64,000 nt of DNA from Sedimenticolaceae bacterium (GCA_050294655.1 JBNKOL010000077.1:22428-86427); one strand, 5' to 3'. Shown: positions 21,128 to 33,012, counted from the stretch's first letter. Notes: generated from the letters alone by a model not told the origin. Numbers and translations: made by a program.

Positions 21128-21904
21128 TTACTGGAACAGGCCAGCCTCTTCATCGCGTAGGGTCAGGACCTCGCAGCCGCTTTCGGTGATCAACAGGGTG
21201 TGCTCATACTGAGCGGAGAGGCTACGGTCACGTGTGACCACGGTCCAGCCGTCCGGCTTGAGTTTGACCTGCTGCTTGCCGGCATTGACCATCGGCTCGA
21301 TAGTGAAGCACATGCCGGGGCGCAATTCCAGGCCGGTTCCCGGCTTGCCGTAGTGAAGCACCTGCGGGTCTTCGTGAAACTCCCTGCCGATGCCGTGTCC
21401 GCAATACTCACGTACCACCGAGTAGTTGTGCGACTCAACGAAGGACTGGATGGCGTGCCCGATGTCACCCAGTTGCTTGCCTGGCTTGGCCTGCTCTATA
21501 CCTGTCCAGAGGGCCTGCTGGGTGACTCCCATCAGGCGGTTGGCCAGCACAGAGGCCTGCCCCACGGCAAACATCTTGCTGGTATCCCCGTGGTAGCCGT
21601 CTTTAATTACGGTGATGTCGATATTGATGATGTCACCCTTCTTGAGCAGCTTCTCCCCCGGAATTCCGTGGCAGACTACCTGATTGACCGAGGTGCAGAT
21701 CGATTTCGGGAAGCCGCGGTAGTTGAGGGGGGCGGGGATCGCCTTCTGGCGGTTGACGATGTGGTCATGGCAGATGCGATCCAGCTCCAAAGTGGTGACA
21801 CCTGGCTGTACATAGGGCTCGATGATGGTGAGAACTTCTGCTGCCAAGCGCCCGGCAAGGCGCATTTTTTCGATCTCAGCCGCTGTTTTTATCGTGACAC
21901 CCAT
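21128..21904 (-). CDS. map: Type I methionine aminopeptidase
   Basis: KSICTSVN.VVCHGIP, GYHGDTS, YCGHGIG, FTIEPM, SAQYEHT; ATG at 21904. Confidence 0.98.
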   Translation of the reverse strand: MGVTIKTAAEIEKMRLAGRLAAEVLTIIEPYVQPGVTTLELDRICHDHIVNRQKAIPAPLNYRGFPKSICTSVNQVVCHGIPGEKLLKKGDIINIDITVIKDGYHGDTSKMFAVGQASVLANRLMGVTQQALWTGIEQAKPGKQLGDIGHAIQSFVESHNYSVVREYCGHGIGREFHEDPQVLHYGKPGTGLELRPGMCFTIEPMVNAGKQQVKLKPDGWTVVTRDRSLSAQYEHTLLITESGCEVLTLRDEEAGLFQ

Positions 21905-21977
21905 GTGAAATCGCTTGAAAATCCGGGGGGTTGAAGGGATTGGGGAGTGATAAGCGTTTGTCGCATCAAGCCGCATA

Positions 21978-21996
21978 TGGTATAAAACGCCCCGCC
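21978..21996 (+). promoter_or_regulatory. rpsB extended -10 promoter with GC-rich discriminator
   Basis: TGG-TATAAA followed by ACGCCCCGCC, like the conserved gammaproteobacterial rpsB promoter. Confidence 0.7.
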
Positions 21997-22057
21997 GAAT
22001 CGCAATCGCTTCGGCAAAGCATAACCGCCAGGTGAACAAGGTTTGCCGGCGGCCAAT

Positions 22058-22293
22058 ACACACGCATATCGGCACATAGGCCCGGGTGCCTTCGCAAGAA
22101 GGTCGGACTATGGGATATGTGGAGGCGCTAACCTGGGCGTGGGTCAGGAGACATTCAGGGCTCCAGAGGTATTTCGGATCGAGACGTGACTCGCAGGTGG
22201 TGACATGCCCCTGCCATGAGTCGCAACAAAGAGCCGAAGTGTTGCTGGTGGTCTGAGTGTTTTCTGACCTGCGTTCGGGTTAGTTAAAACCCG
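22058..22293 (+). ncRNA. t44/tff (S2 autoregulatory rpsB leader) interrupted by a 158-nt hairpin
   Basis: ACACACGCATATCGGCACATAGGCCCGGGTGCC...GGTCGGACTATGGGATATGTGGAGGC matches t44; the terminal AAACCC is displaced to 22287-22292. Confidence 0.85.
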
Positions 22294-22312
22294 ATACAAT
22301 CAGGAGTCACTC

Positions 22313-23062
22313 ATGAGTGAAGTATCTATGCGCCAGATGCTTGAGGCTGGCGTGCATTTCGGCCATCAGACCCGTTATTGGAACCCCAAGATGGGTGCCT
22401 ACATCTTCGGCCATCGTAACAAGATCCATATCGTCAATTTGGAGAAGACCCTTCCGCTGTTCAAGGATGCGATGAATTTCATCGGTTCCCTCTCAGCCAA
22501 CGGCGGCAAGGTGCTGTTTGTCGGCACCAAGCGAGCCGCTCAGTCTGCATTGCGCGAAGAGGCCGAGCGCTGTGGCATGCCCTTCATCAACCATCGCTGG
22601 TTGGGTGGCATGCTGACCAATTTCAAGACCATCAAACAGTCGATCAAACGCCTGAAAGAGCTTGAGTCGATGTTCGAGGACGGCAGTGTCGAGCAGCGCT
22701 TCAATAAGAAGGAAGCCCTCGGCCTGCGTCGCGAGCTGGACAAGCTGGAGCGTAGCCTGGGCGGCATCAAAAACATGAACGGTCTGCCCGATGCCCTGTT
22801 CATCATCGATGTGGGGCATGAGAAGAATGCGGTGGCTGAGGCCCGTAAATTGGGCATTCCGGTGATCGGTGTGGTCGATACCAACAACGATCCCGATGAG
22901 ATCGACTATGTAATCCCCGGAAACGATGATGCCATCCGTGCGATCCAGCTCTATGTGCAAGGAGCCTCGGCCGCGATTCTCGAAGGCCGTGCCAGCGCCG
23001 CGAACATGGTCGGCGGCAGCAGTGGTGAGGAGTTCGTTGAGGTCGCGGAAGACGCTTCCTGA
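22313..23062 (+). CDS. rpsB: 30S ribosomal protein S2
   Basis: [38 protein letters not shown]. Confidence 0.99.
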   Translation: MSEVSMRQMLEAGVHFGHQTRYWNPKMGAYIFGHRNKIHIVNLEKTLPLFKDAMNFIGSLSANGGKVLFVGTKRAAQSALREEAERCGMPFINHRWLGGMLTNFKTIKQSIKRLKELESMFEDGSVEQRFNKKEALGLRRELDKLERSLGGIKNMNGLPDALFIIDVGHEKNAVAEARKLGIPVIGVVDTNNDPDEIDYVIPGNDDAIRAIQLYVQGASAAILEGRASAANMVGGSSGEEFVEVAEDAS

Positions 23063-23087
23063 TCGGACCCACACCCGATGATAGCTT

Positions 23088-23129
23088 GGGCCGGATTCGG
23101 TCGATGACGGGATCCGGCCCTATCGTTTT
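23088..23129 (+). terminator. rpsB-tsf intergenic hairpin/attenuator
   Basis: GGGCCGGATTC...GGATCCGGCCC stem followed by TATCGTTTT. Confidence 0.5.
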
Positions 23130-23160
23130 GCAAATCAGATAGTAGAGAAGGTAATTAATC

Positions 23161-24045
23161 ATGGCGATTACAGCCGCTCTGGTGAAGGAACTGCGCGAAC
23201 GTACCGGCGCAGGCATGATGGAGTGCAAGAAGGCACTGGTTGAAACCGATGGCGATATCGAAGCCGCCATCGAGAATATGCGCAAGTCGGGTCAGGCCAA
23301 GGCCGCCAAAAAGGCGGGCCGGATTGCCGCCGAAGGCGTGATTGTGCTGAGTTTCAGCGACGACAGCAGCAAGGCTGCGATGGTCGAGGTCAACTGTGAA
23401 ACCGACTTCGTGGGCAAAGACGACAATTTCACCTCCTTTGCCGATGCCGTTGCCAACCGGGTACTGGCCGGTGGCGCCGACGATGTCGCCACGCTGATGG
23501 AGCAGCCGCTGCACGAGGGTGAGGAGACCACGGTCAACCAGGCCCGCGAGGCACTGGTCTCCAAGCTGGGCGAGAATATGAATGTGCGCCGTTTCTCCCG
23601 TTTCGAGGCCACCAGCGGCAAACTGGTCAGCTATCGTCACGGTGTGCGTATCGGCGTGGTGCTGGAACTCGCGGGTGGAGACGAGGAGCTGGGGAAGGAT
23701 TTGGCAATGCATATCGCGGCCACCAATCCGGTCTGTCTCTCCGAGGATCAGATGCCGCAGGAGCTGCTCGACAAGGAGCGCGAAATCGCCGCCGCCCAGG
23801 CCAAGGAGAGCGGAAAGCCCGACAACATTATCGAAAAGATGGTCGATGGGCGCATGCGCAAGTTCCTGGCCGAGAACACCCTGTTGGGTCAGGCCTTCGT
23901 CAAGGATCCGGACACCACCGTGGCCAAATTGCTGAAGAGCCATGACGCCAATCTGGTTCAGTTCCAGCGCTTCGAAGTCGGTGAAGGCATCGAGAAGAAG
24001 CAGGAAAACTTCGCTGAAGAGGTGATGGCTCAGGTCAAGCATTAA
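23161..24045 (+). CDS. tsf: Elongation factor Ts
   Basis: [28 protein letters not shown]. Confidence 0.99.
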   Translation: MAITAALVKELRERTGAGMMECKKALVETDGDIEAAIENMRKSGQAKAAKKAGRIAAEGVIVLSFSDDSSKAAMVEVNCETDFVGKDDNFTSFADAVANRVLAGGADDVATLMEQPLHEGEETTVNQAREALVSKLGENMNVRRFSRFEATSGKLVSYRHGVRIGVVLELAGGDEELGKDLAMHIAATNPVCLSEDQMPQELLDKEREIAAAQAKESGKPDNIIEKMVDGRMRKFLAENTLLGQAFVKDPDTTVAKLLKSHDANLVQFQRFEVGEGIEKKQENFAEEVMAQVKH

Positions 24046-24162
24046 CCTGAATCCATGGGGCGGGCCGACAGGCCCGCTCATCCCTCGCTGGACACGAGAA
24101 GACCTTCTAATCACAAGCGTTTATAATCACCCAATCGCCCATAACCGGACCCCCGCAAAGCC

Positions 24163-24885
24163 ATGACACAACTCATTTGCCAGCGCATTCTGCTCAAGCT
24201 CAGCGGTGAAGCGTTAATGGGTGAGAACGATTTTGGTATCAATCCGGAGATCCTGCATCGTGTCGCCGGCGAAATCGGTGAGCTGGCGGCGGCTGGGCTA
24301 CAGATCGGACTGGTTATCGGCGGCGGCAATATCTTCCGCGGCGCTGGATTGGCTCAGGGGGGATTCGATCGGGTGCGTGGCGACCACATGGGCATGCTGG
24401 CCACCGTGATGAATTCACTGGCGATGCAGGACGCGCTGCATCGCGCCGGGGTCCCGGCGCGGGTGATGTCGGCCCTGGCGATGCCGGATGTGTGTGAAAG
24501 CTTCACCGCCCGGGAAGCCCGTCGACTGCTGGCTTCAGGCGAGGTCGTGATTCTTGCGGCCGGTACCGGCAACCCCTATTTTACAACCGATTCAGCGGCC
24601 AGCCTGAGAGCCGTCGAGATCGACGCGGACCTGATGATCAAGGCGACCAAGGTCAATGGTGTCTATTCCGCCGATCCCATGAAAGACCCCGAAGCGACGT
24701 TTTATCCAAGCCTGACTTACGACCGGGCGCTGGCGGAAAACCTGCAGGTGATGGATGCAACGGCCATCGTACTCTGCCGGGACAATGGTATGCCGTTGCG
24801 TATCATGAATATCAATGACCCGGGTGCCCTCATGCGTCTTATGCGCGGTGAGGCCATCGGTTCTCTGGTGGAAAAGGGCGACTGA
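24163..24885 (+). CDS. pyrH: UMP kinase
   Basis: [30 protein letters not shown]. Confidence 0.99.
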   Translation: MTQLICQRILLKLSGEALMGENDFGINPEILHRVAGEIGELAAAGLQIGLVIGGGNIFRGAGLAQGGFDRVRGDHMGMLATVMNSLAMQDALHRAGVPARVMSALAMPDVCESFTAREARRLLASGEVVILAAGTGNPYFTTDSAASLRAVEIDADLMIKATKVNGVYSADPMKDPEATFYPSLTYDRALAENLQVMDATAIVLCRDNGMPLRIMNINDPGALMRLMRGEAIGSLVEKGD

Positions 24886-24886
24886 G

Positions 24887-25444
24887 ATGATCGATGATAT
24901 TAAGACTGACGCAGCAACACGGATGGGCAAGAGTGTGGAATCGCTCGTGCATGAATTGGCCAAGGTGCGCACCGGCCGGGCTCATCCCAGCTTACTGGAC
25001 CATATCCGTGTCGACTACTACGGCTCCGAGGTACCGCTCAGCCAGGTGGCCAACATCAACGCGGAAGATGCGCGTACCCTGACGGTTGCTCCGTGGGAAA
25101 AGGGCATGGTGGCGGTGGTGGAGAAGGCCATTATGACCTCCGATCTGGGGCTCAATCCCATGAGTGCCGGCACCGTCATCCGTGTGCCGATGCCGCCTTT
25201 GACCGAAGAGCGCCGCAAGGACTTGATCCGTGTGGTGCGTCACGAAGCCGAGGGAGCCAAGGTGGCGATTCGCAACATCCGCCGCGACGCCAATCATGAG
25301 CTCAAGGAACTGGTGAAAGAGAAGGTGATTTCGGAGGATGACGAACGCCGCGGCCAAGAGATCATTCAGAATTTGACCGATCAGCACACCAAGAAGGTCG
25401 AGGAAGTGCTGGATGAAAAAGAGAAGGATCTGATGGAGATCTGA
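24887..25444 (+). CDS. frr: Ribosome recycling factor
   Basis: [31 protein letters not shown]; ATG at 24887. Confidence 0.99.
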   Translation: MIDDIKTDAATRMGKSVESLVHELAKVRTGRAHPSLLDHIRVDYYGSEVPLSQVANINAEDARTLTVAPWEKGMVAVVEKAIMTSDLGLNPMSAGTVIRVPMPPLTEERRKDLIRVVRHEAEGAKVAIRNIRRDANHELKELVKEKVISEDDERRGQEIIQNLTDQHTKKVEEVLDEKEKDLMEI

Positions 25445-25485
25445 GGCTCGGTTCGCCCTATCCCATCGCCTGCTCAATCTAACCC

Positions 25486-26256
25486 ATGACCCAGGGGACA
25501 ACCCAGGAAGCCGAATCGGACGATAGAGGGTTACCGCGCCATATCGCAGTGATCATGGATGGTAATGGGCGTTGGGCCCAGCGACGCGGACTGCCCCGCT
25601 ATGCCGGTCATCCGGTCGGTGTCGAGGCGGTACGGCGGATCGTCGAGGCCTGCGTCGAGCGCGGTATCGCCGTGCTGACCCTGTTCGCATTCAGCAGCGA
25701 GAATTGGCAACGGCCTCAGAAGGAGGTCGGCCTGATCATGGATCTGTTCATTCGTTCGCTCAAGAAGGAGGCCCGAAGGCTTCATCGCAATGGGGTGCAA
25801 CTGCGGGTGATCGGCGATCACTCCGCCTTCTCCGCCAAACTCCAGCAACACATTGCCGATGTGGAATCCTTGACCGCGGATAACAGTGGGATGGTGCTGC
25901 AGGTGGCAGCCAACTACGGTGGTCGCTGGGATATCACCCAGGCCGCCCGGCAGCTGGCCGAGAAGGTCCACAGCGGCCAGCTGACGCCAGATCAGGTAGA
26001 TGCGGCGGCGCTGGCAGGCAAGCTCTCCTTTGCCGAGTTGCCGGAACCCGATCTCTTCATCCGTACCGGTGGCGAGAAACGCCTCAGTAATTTCATCCTT
26101 TGGCAGTGCGCCTACACCGAACTCTACTTCACCGATATCCTTTGGCCCGATTTTGACGCCACCGCATTGGATCAGGCGTTGCGGGACTATGCCAACCGGC
26201 AGCGGCGTTTCGGACGCACCGGCGAGCAGGTCTCGGACCAGGCCGAGGCCTCCTAG
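25486..26256 (+). CDS. uppS: Undecaprenyl diphosphate synthase
   Basis: HIAVIMDGNGRWA, FSSENW, DLFIRTGGEKRLSNF. Confidence 0.98.
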   Translation: MTQGTTQEAESDDRGLPRHIAVIMDGNGRWAQRRGLPRYAGHPVGVEAVRRIVEACVERGIAVLTLFAFSSENWQRPQKEVGLIMDLFIRSLKKEARRLHRNGVQLRVIGDHSAFSAKLQQHIADVESLTADNSGMVLQVAANYGGRWDITQAARQLAEKVHSGQLTPDQVDAAALAGKLSFAELPEPDLFIRTGGEKRLSNFILWQCAYTELYFTDILWPDFDATALDQALRDYANRQRRFGRTGEQVSDQAEAS

Positions 26257-26519
26257 GGCCGGTTATCACGATGCGGATACCCATCGGCGGCCATTTTTTT
26301 GCAGGACAGGACGTACTGAGCGTAGTGTACTCAATGTACATGAAGAATATCGCAACAAGCTCCACCGAAAAAAAGGCCTTGCCCCGGAGGGGTAACGCCC
26401 TGATGAGCCCATGCGGCATCGCGCCTCGACTTTCTGTAATAACCAATGCGTGCTCTATGCGCCTTGCCTGGCCTGATAAAAGCGCCAACATTGGGCATCC
26501 GCGGCGTGAGAACAGGCCC
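26256..26519. mobile_element. MITE-like element (~264 bp) between uppS and cdsA
   Basis: 28-bp imperfect terminal inverted repeats (23/28 identical); internal inverted repeats; no credible CDS. Confidence 0.7.
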
Positions 26520-26527
26520 AATTCCTG

Positions 26528-27352
26528 ATGTTGAAGCAGCGTGTCATCACCGCATTGATTCTTGCGCCCCTGGTGATCGGTGCGGTGTTGCTGCTGCCAA
26601 CTAAATACCTGGCTCTGCTGTTGGCCCTGGTGGTGACCATGGGGGCTCGTGAGTGGGCGGTCTTGAGCGGCATCGTTCCCGTCGCCGGCCAGCTGCTCTA
26701 CAGTCTGTCGCTGCTGCTGACGATGATCGCTATCTTTTTTCTGCTACCGCCGTCCGGGTATCTCTGGGTGGTTGGATTGAGCGTGTTCTGGTGGCTGACG
26801 GCGCTCTATCGTCTGACGAAGTTTCAGGGCGGTGAATCAGCGGCGGCCGGATTCGAGCCATTGCGTGCGCTGGAAGGTGTAGCCGTCCTGGTGCCGGCCT
26901 GGCTGGCACTGGTGATGCTCCATCAGAAACCGGAAGGCGGTCCGGTGTTGCTCGTATTTCTGCTGATGCTGATCTGGGCTGCTGACGTGGGGGCCTATTT
27001 TGCAGGTCATCGCTGGGGGCGCAACAAGCTGGCTCCACGGGTCAGTCCCGGCAAGACCCGCGAGGGTGTCTATGGGGCCATGGTCAGCGCATTGCTCTGC
27101 GGGTTGTTTCTGATCTGGTGGTTGGGGTCGGGATTGGTGCAGGCGCCGTTGCTGCTGCTGCTGTGTTTGGTCACCATGCTGTTTTCAGTGGTGGGTGACC
27201 TGTTCGAGAGTCTGCTGAAGCGACGACGGGGTATGAAGGACAGCGGTATGCTGCTCCCGGGGCATGGCGGAATGCTCGACCGCATCGACAGCCTGACAGC
27301 CGCGGCGCCGTTCTTCACGTTAGGTCTGACTCTGTTTGGAGCCGCGAAGTGA
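26528..27352 (+). CDS. cdsA: Phosphatidate cytidylyltransferase
   Basis: [38 protein letters not shown]. Confidence 0.98.
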   Translation: MLKQRVITALILAPLVIGAVLLLPTKYLALLLALVVTMGAREWAVLSGIVPVAGQLLYSLSLLLTMIAIFFLLPPSGYLWVVGLSVFWWLTALYRLTKFQGGESAAAGFEPLRALEGVAVLVPAWLALVMLHQKPEGGPVLLVFLLMLIWAADVGAYFAGHRWGRNKLAPRVSPGKTREGVYGAMVSALLCGLFLIWWLGSGLVQAPLLLLLCLVTMLFSVVGDLFESLLKRRRGMKDSGMLLPGHGGMLDRIDSLTAAAPFFTLGLTLFGAAK

Positions 27353-28527
27353 AGGGTGTGACCGTGCTCGGTTCCACTGGGTCGATCGGCGTCAGCACGC
27401 TGGATGTGATCGCGCGCCATCCTGACCGATTCCGGGTGGTGGCTTTGACCGCTAACCGCAGCGTGGAGCGGATGCTGGCGCAGTGCGAACAGTTTCGCCC
27501 GATGATGGCGGTGATGGCCGATGAAACCTCGAGCCTTCATCTGGCCGAGGCGTTGGCACAGCGGGGAATCGCCACCGAGGTATTGTGTGGACTACGCGGT
27601 CTGGAGGCCGCCGCGGCAAAACCTGACGCCGACTATGTAATGGCCGCGATCGTCGGCGCCACCGGCCTGTTACCGACCCTCGCCGCCGTGCGCGCCGGCA
27701 AACGGGTGCTGCTGGCCAACAAGGAGGCACTGGTCATGGCAGGCCGTCTCTTTATACAGGAGGCGCAGCAGCATGGGGCGGAGATCCTGCCCATCGACAG
27801 CGAACACAATGCAGTGTTCCAATGCCTGCCACCTGATGGCATACGGAATCTGGATGCCAGTGGGGTCAAACGCATTCTGCTCACCGCATCAGGCGGCCCT
27901 TTTCGCACCACCCCACTCGAGGCGCTGGCCAAGGTGACGCCGGCACAGGCCTGTGCCCATCCTAACTGGGAGATGGGGCGCAAGATCTCGGTCGATTCGG
28001 CCACGATGATGAACAAGGGGCTGGAGGTGATCGAGGCCCATTGGTTGTTTCATGCCGAGGCGGAGAGGATTCAGGTGGTGCTGCATCCACAGAGTGTGAT
28101 CCACTCCATGGTGGAGTATACAGACGGCTCGGTGCTTGCTCAGCTGGGCAATCCCGACATGCGCACCCCCATCGCCCATGCCCTGGCCTGGCCAGATCGT
28201 ATCGAATCGGGCGTTGACAGTCTCGACCTGTTTCAGGTGGCCCGGCTCGATTTCGGGGAACCTGATCTCATGCGCTTCCCTTGCCTGCGTCTGGCCTTCG
28301 AGGCGATCGAGACCGGCGGCACCGCGCCGGCAATCATGAATGCCGCCAACGAGGTGGCGGTTGCGGCCTTTCTCGATGAACGGTTGCCGTTTACCGCTAT
28401 CGCCGAAGTGGTCGAAGAGACCCTGCAGCGGTTACCAGTGACACAGCCTGGTACGCTTGAGAGTCTGTTGCAACTCGATGCCGAAGCACGGGGTGTGGCG
28501 GAACAAGTGGCACAAGACAGGGTCTGA
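27349..28527 (+). CDS. dxr: 1-deoxy-D-xylulose 5-phosphate reductoisomerase
   Basis: [30 protein letters not shown]. Confidence 0.99.
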   Translation: MKGVTVLGSTGSIGVSTLDVIARHPDRFRVVALTANRSVERMLAQCEQFRPMMAVMADETSSLHLAEALAQRGIATEVLCGLRGLEAAAAKPDADYVMAAIVGATGLLPTLAAVRAGKRVLLANKEALVMAGRLFIQEAQQHGAEILPIDSEHNAVFQCLPPDGIRNLDASGVKRILLTASGGPFRTTPLEALAKVTPAQACAHPNWEMGRKISVDSATMMNKGLEVIEAHWLFHAEAERIQVVLHPQSVIHSMVEYTDGSVLAQLGNPDMRTPIAHALAWPDRIESGVDSLDLFQVARLDFGEPDLMRFPCLRLAFEAIETGGTAPAIMNAANEVAVAAFLDERLPFTAIAEVVEETLQRLPVTQPGTLESLLQLDAEARGVAEQVAQDRV

Positions 28528-28554
28528 AAAAGGGTTGACCGGATAATTGTAACC

Positions 28555-29916
28555 ATGGATTCAATACTCTTTACACTCATCTCCTTCATTGTCGCCCTGG
28601 CCATACTCATCACTGTGCATGAGTTCGGCCACTTCTGGGTGGCGCGCAAACTGGGGGTGAAGGTATTACGCTTCTCGATCGGTTTCGGACGCCCGATCTG
28701 GAAGCGACAGAGCCGGGTGGATAATACGGAATACGTGATCGCCGCAATCCCGCTGGGTGGGTATGTGAAGATGCTCGATGAGCGTGAGGCGCCGGTCGAT
28801 ATCGATGAACAGGCGCGCGCCTTCAATCGCCAGTCCCTGCCGGTACGCAGTGCCATCGTGGTGGCAGGACCCCTGTTCAACTTTATTTTCGCCATCTTCG
28901 CCTTCTGGCTCATCTTCGTGATCGGAGATGTCGGCCTCAAACCCCTGGTTGGAGAGGTCACCGCCGATTCCCGCGCCGAGCAGGCCGGTTTCCAGCCCGG
29001 AGACGAGATCCTGGCCGTGGCAGGCGAAGAGACCCCTTCCTGGGAGAACGTGGTCTATACCCTGCTGGCCCAGTCGTTGGATCAGACGAGTCTCCCGATC
29101 CGGGTGCGTAGCGAGTCGGGGGCGGAGCGGCAGCGCTGGCTCGATACCCGTGAGCTGCAGTCACTGGCGGAAGATGGGGAGCCACTGAAAAACCTCGGGC
29201 TCACGCCCAGTCGGCCGGTGCTGCCGCCGGTGATCGGTGAGATTTTGCCGGATGAACCGGCGCAGCTGGCAGGGTTGCAAGCCGGTGATCGAATTCTCAC
29301 TGTGGATGGCGTTGCGGTGGAGGATTGGGCCCAGTGGGTCGAGTATGTCCATGAACGCCCTCTGCAGACACTGGCGCTGGAGGTCGAGCGTCAGGGGGAA
29401 ACGCGGGCGTTTTCCCTGACTACCGCCGTGATGGGGGAGGGGGAGCGGGCATACGGGCGAATCGGTGCCGCCGTCGAGGTGCCGGAGGGGGTGATGGAGG
29501 GTTATCGCTCACTGGTGCGCTATGGGCCGATCGACGCGGTTGGACATGCGTTGCACAAGACCTGGGATTATTCCACTCTGATGTTACGCATGCTGGGTAA
29601 GATGGTGATCGGTGAGGTTTCGCTGAAAAACCTCGGCGGACCGATCTCGATCGCCGACTCGGCTGGCAAGTCGGCCAGTTCCGGACCTGTCTACTTCATC
29701 AAGTTTCTCGCCTTCATAAGTGTCAGTCTCGGGGTGCTGAATCTGCTGCCGATCCCGGTGCTTGACGGCGGACACCTCTTCTTTTTCCTGATCGAGGCCG
29801 TGAAGGGGGGGCCGTTGTCGGATCGCTTCATGGAGCAGGGACAGAAGATCGGCATGCTGATTTTGCTGGTCATCATGTCGATTGCCTTCTACGTTGATTT
29901 GAATCGGTATTTTTAA
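28555..29916 (+). CDS. rseP: RIP metalloprotease RseP
   Basis: HEFGH, two PDZ domains, NLLPIPVLDGGH. Confidence 0.98.
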   Translation: MDSILFTLISFIVALAILITVHEFGHFWVARKLGVKVLRFSIGFGRPIWKRQSRVDNTEYVIAAIPLGGYVKMLDEREAPVDIDEQARAFNRQSLPVRSAIVVAGPLFNFIFAIFAFWLIFVIGDVGLKPLVGEVTADSRAEQAGFQPGDEILAVAGEETPSWENVVYTLLAQSLDQTSLPIRVRSESGAERQRWLDTRELQSLAEDGEPLKNLGLTPSRPVLPPVIGEILPDEPAQLAGLQAGDRILTVDGVAVEDWAQWVEYVHERPLQTLALEVERQGETRAFSLTTAVMGEGERAYGRIGAAVEVPEGVMEGYRSLVRYGPIDAVGHALHKTWDYSTLMLRMLGKMVIGEVSLKNLGGPISIADSAGKSASSGPVYFIKFLAFISVSLGVLNLLPIPVLDGGHLFFFLIEAVKGGPLSDRFMEQGQKIGMLILLVIMSIAFYVDLNRYF

Positions 29917-30083
29917 GTTAGATTTTGTTTGGTGGGGATTTTATTTCTGCTGCGAAGCCTCTCCCGAGTACCCTGAACGGGCAAGATCACTTATACTGAC
30001 GCGCTGTGTTGTTCCCCGGTATGGCTGGGCATGGCGGGTTTTTGGGCAACGACAAATAACCAGTATCGATAAGTAGCCACTGC

Positions 30084-32375
30084 ATGTCTCTATCAATCCG
30101 CCTTCCTGCCTTCGCCCTGCTGCTGTTTTTCGGGTTGATTGCGTCACAGGCGCGAGCATTCGAAGTAAAGGATATCCGTGTCGAGGGGTTACAGCGTATC
30201 TCGGCCGGCACGGTGTTCAACTATCTGCCTGTGAAGAGCGGTGATGAGGTCAATACCGGCAACAGCGCTCGGATTATTCGCGCCCTGTTCAAGACCGGTT
30301 TCTTCCAGGATGTGCGGCTGGAACAGGAGGGTGATGTCCTCATTGTCTTCGTTCGTGAGCGTCCCGCCATTGCCGAGGTCAATATCTCCGGCAACAAGGA
30401 TCTGGATACCGATCAACTGCTCGCCGGCCTCAAGGATATCGGTCTGGCCGAAGGGCAGGTATTCAAGCGTGCCTTGCTGGAGAAGGTCGAGCAGGAGCTC
30501 AACCGCCAGTACTTTTCCCGCGGCAAGTACGGCGTCAGGATACAATCCACCGTAACACCATTGGAACGCAACCGGGTCGGTATCGATATCGAAATCTCCG
30601 AGGGACTGACCGCCCGCATCAAGAAGATCAACCTGATCGGTAATCACGCCTTCGACGATGATGAGTTGCTGGACCGTTTCCAACTCGGCATTCCGGCCTG
30701 GTATGCCCTCTTTTCCAGCAAGGACAAGTATTCAAAGCAGGCGCTCTCGGGAGATCTGGAGACGCTACGTTCCTACTATCTGGATCGGGGTTACATCGAT
30801 TTCAAGATTCAGTCGACCCAGGTCTCCATCACGCCGGATAAGAAGGATATCTATATTACTGTCGTTGTGGAGGAAGGCGAAGTATTCACCCTCAGCGACA
30901 TCGAACTGGCCGGTGATCTGGCGATCCCACAGGAAGAGCTCTTTCCGTTGATCCACCTGAAGCGGGGTGAGGTCTTTTCGCGCAAGAAGCTGACTGCCAG
31001 TGCCGACCGTCTCAACAGCAAATATTCCGATGCCGGCTATGCTTTCGCCAATGTCAACAGCATTCCCGATATTGACCGGGAGAACCGGACTGTCGGCATC
31101 ACTTTCTTTGTCGATCCGGGCAAACGAGTCTATGTGCGCTACCTCAACTTCAGCGGCAATGCCTCCACCCGCGATGAAGTCATGCGGCGTGAAATGCGGC
31201 AGATGGAATCGGCTTGGTTTTCCGGCGAGAAGACGCGACTCTCCCGCGAGCGCCTGCAGCGTTTGGGCTATTTCAGTGAGGTTAACGTGGAGACCCCGGC
31301 GGTACCTGGAAGCACCGATTTGGTCGACGTCAATGTCAGTGTGACCGAGGCCGCCTCCGGTAGTCTCAGTGCCGGCGTCGGATACGCCCAGAATCAGGGT
31401 TTAATCCTCAATGCCAGTATCACCCAGGACAACTTCCTCGGTAGCGGTAAACGGGTCAGCGCAGGCTTCGATACCAGTGACGCGACTAAAAAATTGAGCA
31501 TCGCGTATACCAACCCCTACTACACTATCGATGGTGTCAGCCGGGGTATCGAGATGAGCTATCGAAAGACCGATTTTGCAGAGCTCAACATTTCAAACTA
31601 CTCCACTGATGTGGGGCGTCTGGGCATGAACTTTGGTATTCCGGTCACGGAGTATGATCGCCTGCTTTTGGGTGTCGCCTTGGAGGATACCTCTTTCTTT
31701 CTGGGATCGTCTCCGTCTCAGGAAGTCGTTGATTTCACGGATGTCAACGGGGACCACTTTGTCGATCTGGAATTGATCGGTAAATGGACACGTGATACGC
31801 GCAACCGCGCTATCTTTCCCTCCAAAGGCGGCCGGCAGGTGCTCACCCTGGCGGTTAATACGCCGGGCAGCGATTTGCAGTACTACCGGATGATCTATCG
31901 CAACACCCATTATTTCCCCCTGACCGGGTCTTTGACCTTGATGTTGAATGGCGAGTTGGCCTACGGCGATGGCTACGGGGATGATGAAGCCCTGCCGTTT
32001 TTCCAAAATTTCTACGCCGGTGGTATCGGTTCCGTGCGGGGCTTCGAGGAGAATACCCTGGGTCCGCAGGATTCCAATGGCGATGCTTTGGGAGCAAATG
32101 CGAAGATTGTGGGTCAAATAGAATTGTTGTTTCCGGCCTTTGGGGAGGACTTCAAAGATACCGTGCGCGCCGGTTGGTTCCTCGACGCCGGCAATGTGTT
32201 CGATGTGGAAGCCGGGCAGAACGTGGAATGGGATCAGATTAGAGTCTCTACCGGTCTGATGTTATCTTGGTACTCGCCGGTGGGCGCGCTCTCCTTCAGT
32301 CTGGGGTATCCCCTGGTTGAGGAGGAGGGTGATTCGGCCGAGAAATTTCAGTTCAGAATTGGTGCAGGTTTCTAG
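30084..32375 (+). CDS. bamA: Outer membrane protein assembly factor BamA
   Basis: POTRA repeats ([10 protein letters not shown]), VRGF motif, C-terminal Phe. Confidence 0.98.
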   Translation: MSLSIRLPAFALLLFFGLIASQARAFEVKDIRVEGLQRISAGTVFNYLPVKSGDEVNTGNSARIIRALFKTGFFQDVRLEQEGDVLIVFVRERPAIAEVNISGNKDLDTDQLLAGLKDIGLAEGQVFKRALLEKVEQELNRQYFSRGKYGVRIQSTVTPLERNRVGIDIEISEGLTARIKKINLIGNHAFDDDELLDRFQLGIPAWYALFSSKDKYSKQALSGDLETLRSYYLDRGYIDFKIQSTQVSITPDKKDIYITVVVEEGEVFTLSDIELAGDLAIPQEELFPLIHLKRGEVFSRKKLTASADRLNSKYSDAGYAFANVNSIPDIDRENRTVGITFFVDPGKRVYVRYLNFSGNASTRDEVMRREMRQMESAWFSGEKTRLSRERLQRLGYFSEVNVETPAVPGSTDLVDVNVSVTEAASGSLSAGVGYAQNQGLILNASITQDNFLGSGKRVSAGFDTSDATKKLSIAYTNPYYTIDGVSRGIEMSYRKTDFAELNISNYSTDVGRLGMNFGIPVTEYDRLLLGVALEDTSFFLGSSPSQEVVDFTDVNGDHFVDLELIGKWTRDTRNRAIFPSKGGRQVLTLAVNTPGSDLQYYRMIYRNTHYFPLTGSLTLMLNGELAYGDGYGDDEALPFFQNFYAGGIGSVRGFEENTLGPQDSNGDALGANAKIVGQIELLFPAFGEDFKDTVRAGWFLDAGNVFDVEAGQNVEWDQIRVSTGLMLSWYSPVGALSFSLGYPLVEEEGDSAEKFQFRIGAGF

Positions 32376-32496
32376 TATGCCCCGTGGAGTAGGATTCGCA
32401 GCAGGATCCTTTGCCCTTTCAGAAGGTTGTCAGGATCCGGGCTGTATCAGTGAAATCTTGATGCTGAACTTGATAAAGAATTAAGGAGTTGATTGA

Positions 32497-33012
32497 GTGA
32501 AATATCTGAAAAGTTATATCTATTTGCTGCCTGTACTGCTGCTGATGAGTGGCTCGTTGTATGCCGAAAACTATCGCATCGCCTTCGTCAACGCCACTAA
32601 GGTGTTCGAGGAGTCGCCGCAGTACCAAGTGGCCAGGGATCGGTTGCAGACGGAATTCTCCCGTCGTGAGAAGGAGCTGCTGTCTGAGCAGAAGCAGCTC
32701 AAACAACTGGAGGAGAAGCTGCAGCGTGATGGTTCTGTAATGAGTGAATCAGAGGTCAAGCGTCTGGAGCGCGATATCCTCAGCCGCAGCCGCAAGCTGA
32801 AAAATTCTCAGACAGAGTTCCGCGAGGACCTCAATCTGCGCCAGAACGAGGAGTTCAAAAAGCTGCGCCAACAGGTTCGCGAGGTGATCCAGGAGGTCGG
32901 CAAGGCTGAGAAAATCGACCTGATCGTATCCGATGGGGTGGTCTACTTCAGCAAGAAAATCGACATCTCTGATCTGGTGTTGGAAAAGCTGAGAAAATTG
33001 AAGACCCAGTAA
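32497..33012 (+). CDS. skp: Skp/OmpH periplasmic chaperone
   Basis: Signal peptide, RIAFVN, coiled coil; located between bamA and lpxD; AAGGAG RBS before GTG. Confidence 0.93.
   Translation: MKYLKSYIYLLPVLLLMSGSLYAENYRIAFVNATKVFEESPQYQVARDRLQTEFSRREKELLSEQKQLKQLEEKLQRDGSVMSESEVKRLERDILSRSRKLKNSQTEFREDLNLRQNEEFKKLRQQVREVIQEVGKAEKIDLIVSDGVVYFSKKIDISDLVLEKLRKLKTQ

Noticed and set aside
26271-26528. 85-aa ORF between uppS and cdsA
   Set aside because: Lies within the TIR-bounded MITE-like element; no RBS or protein-like features.
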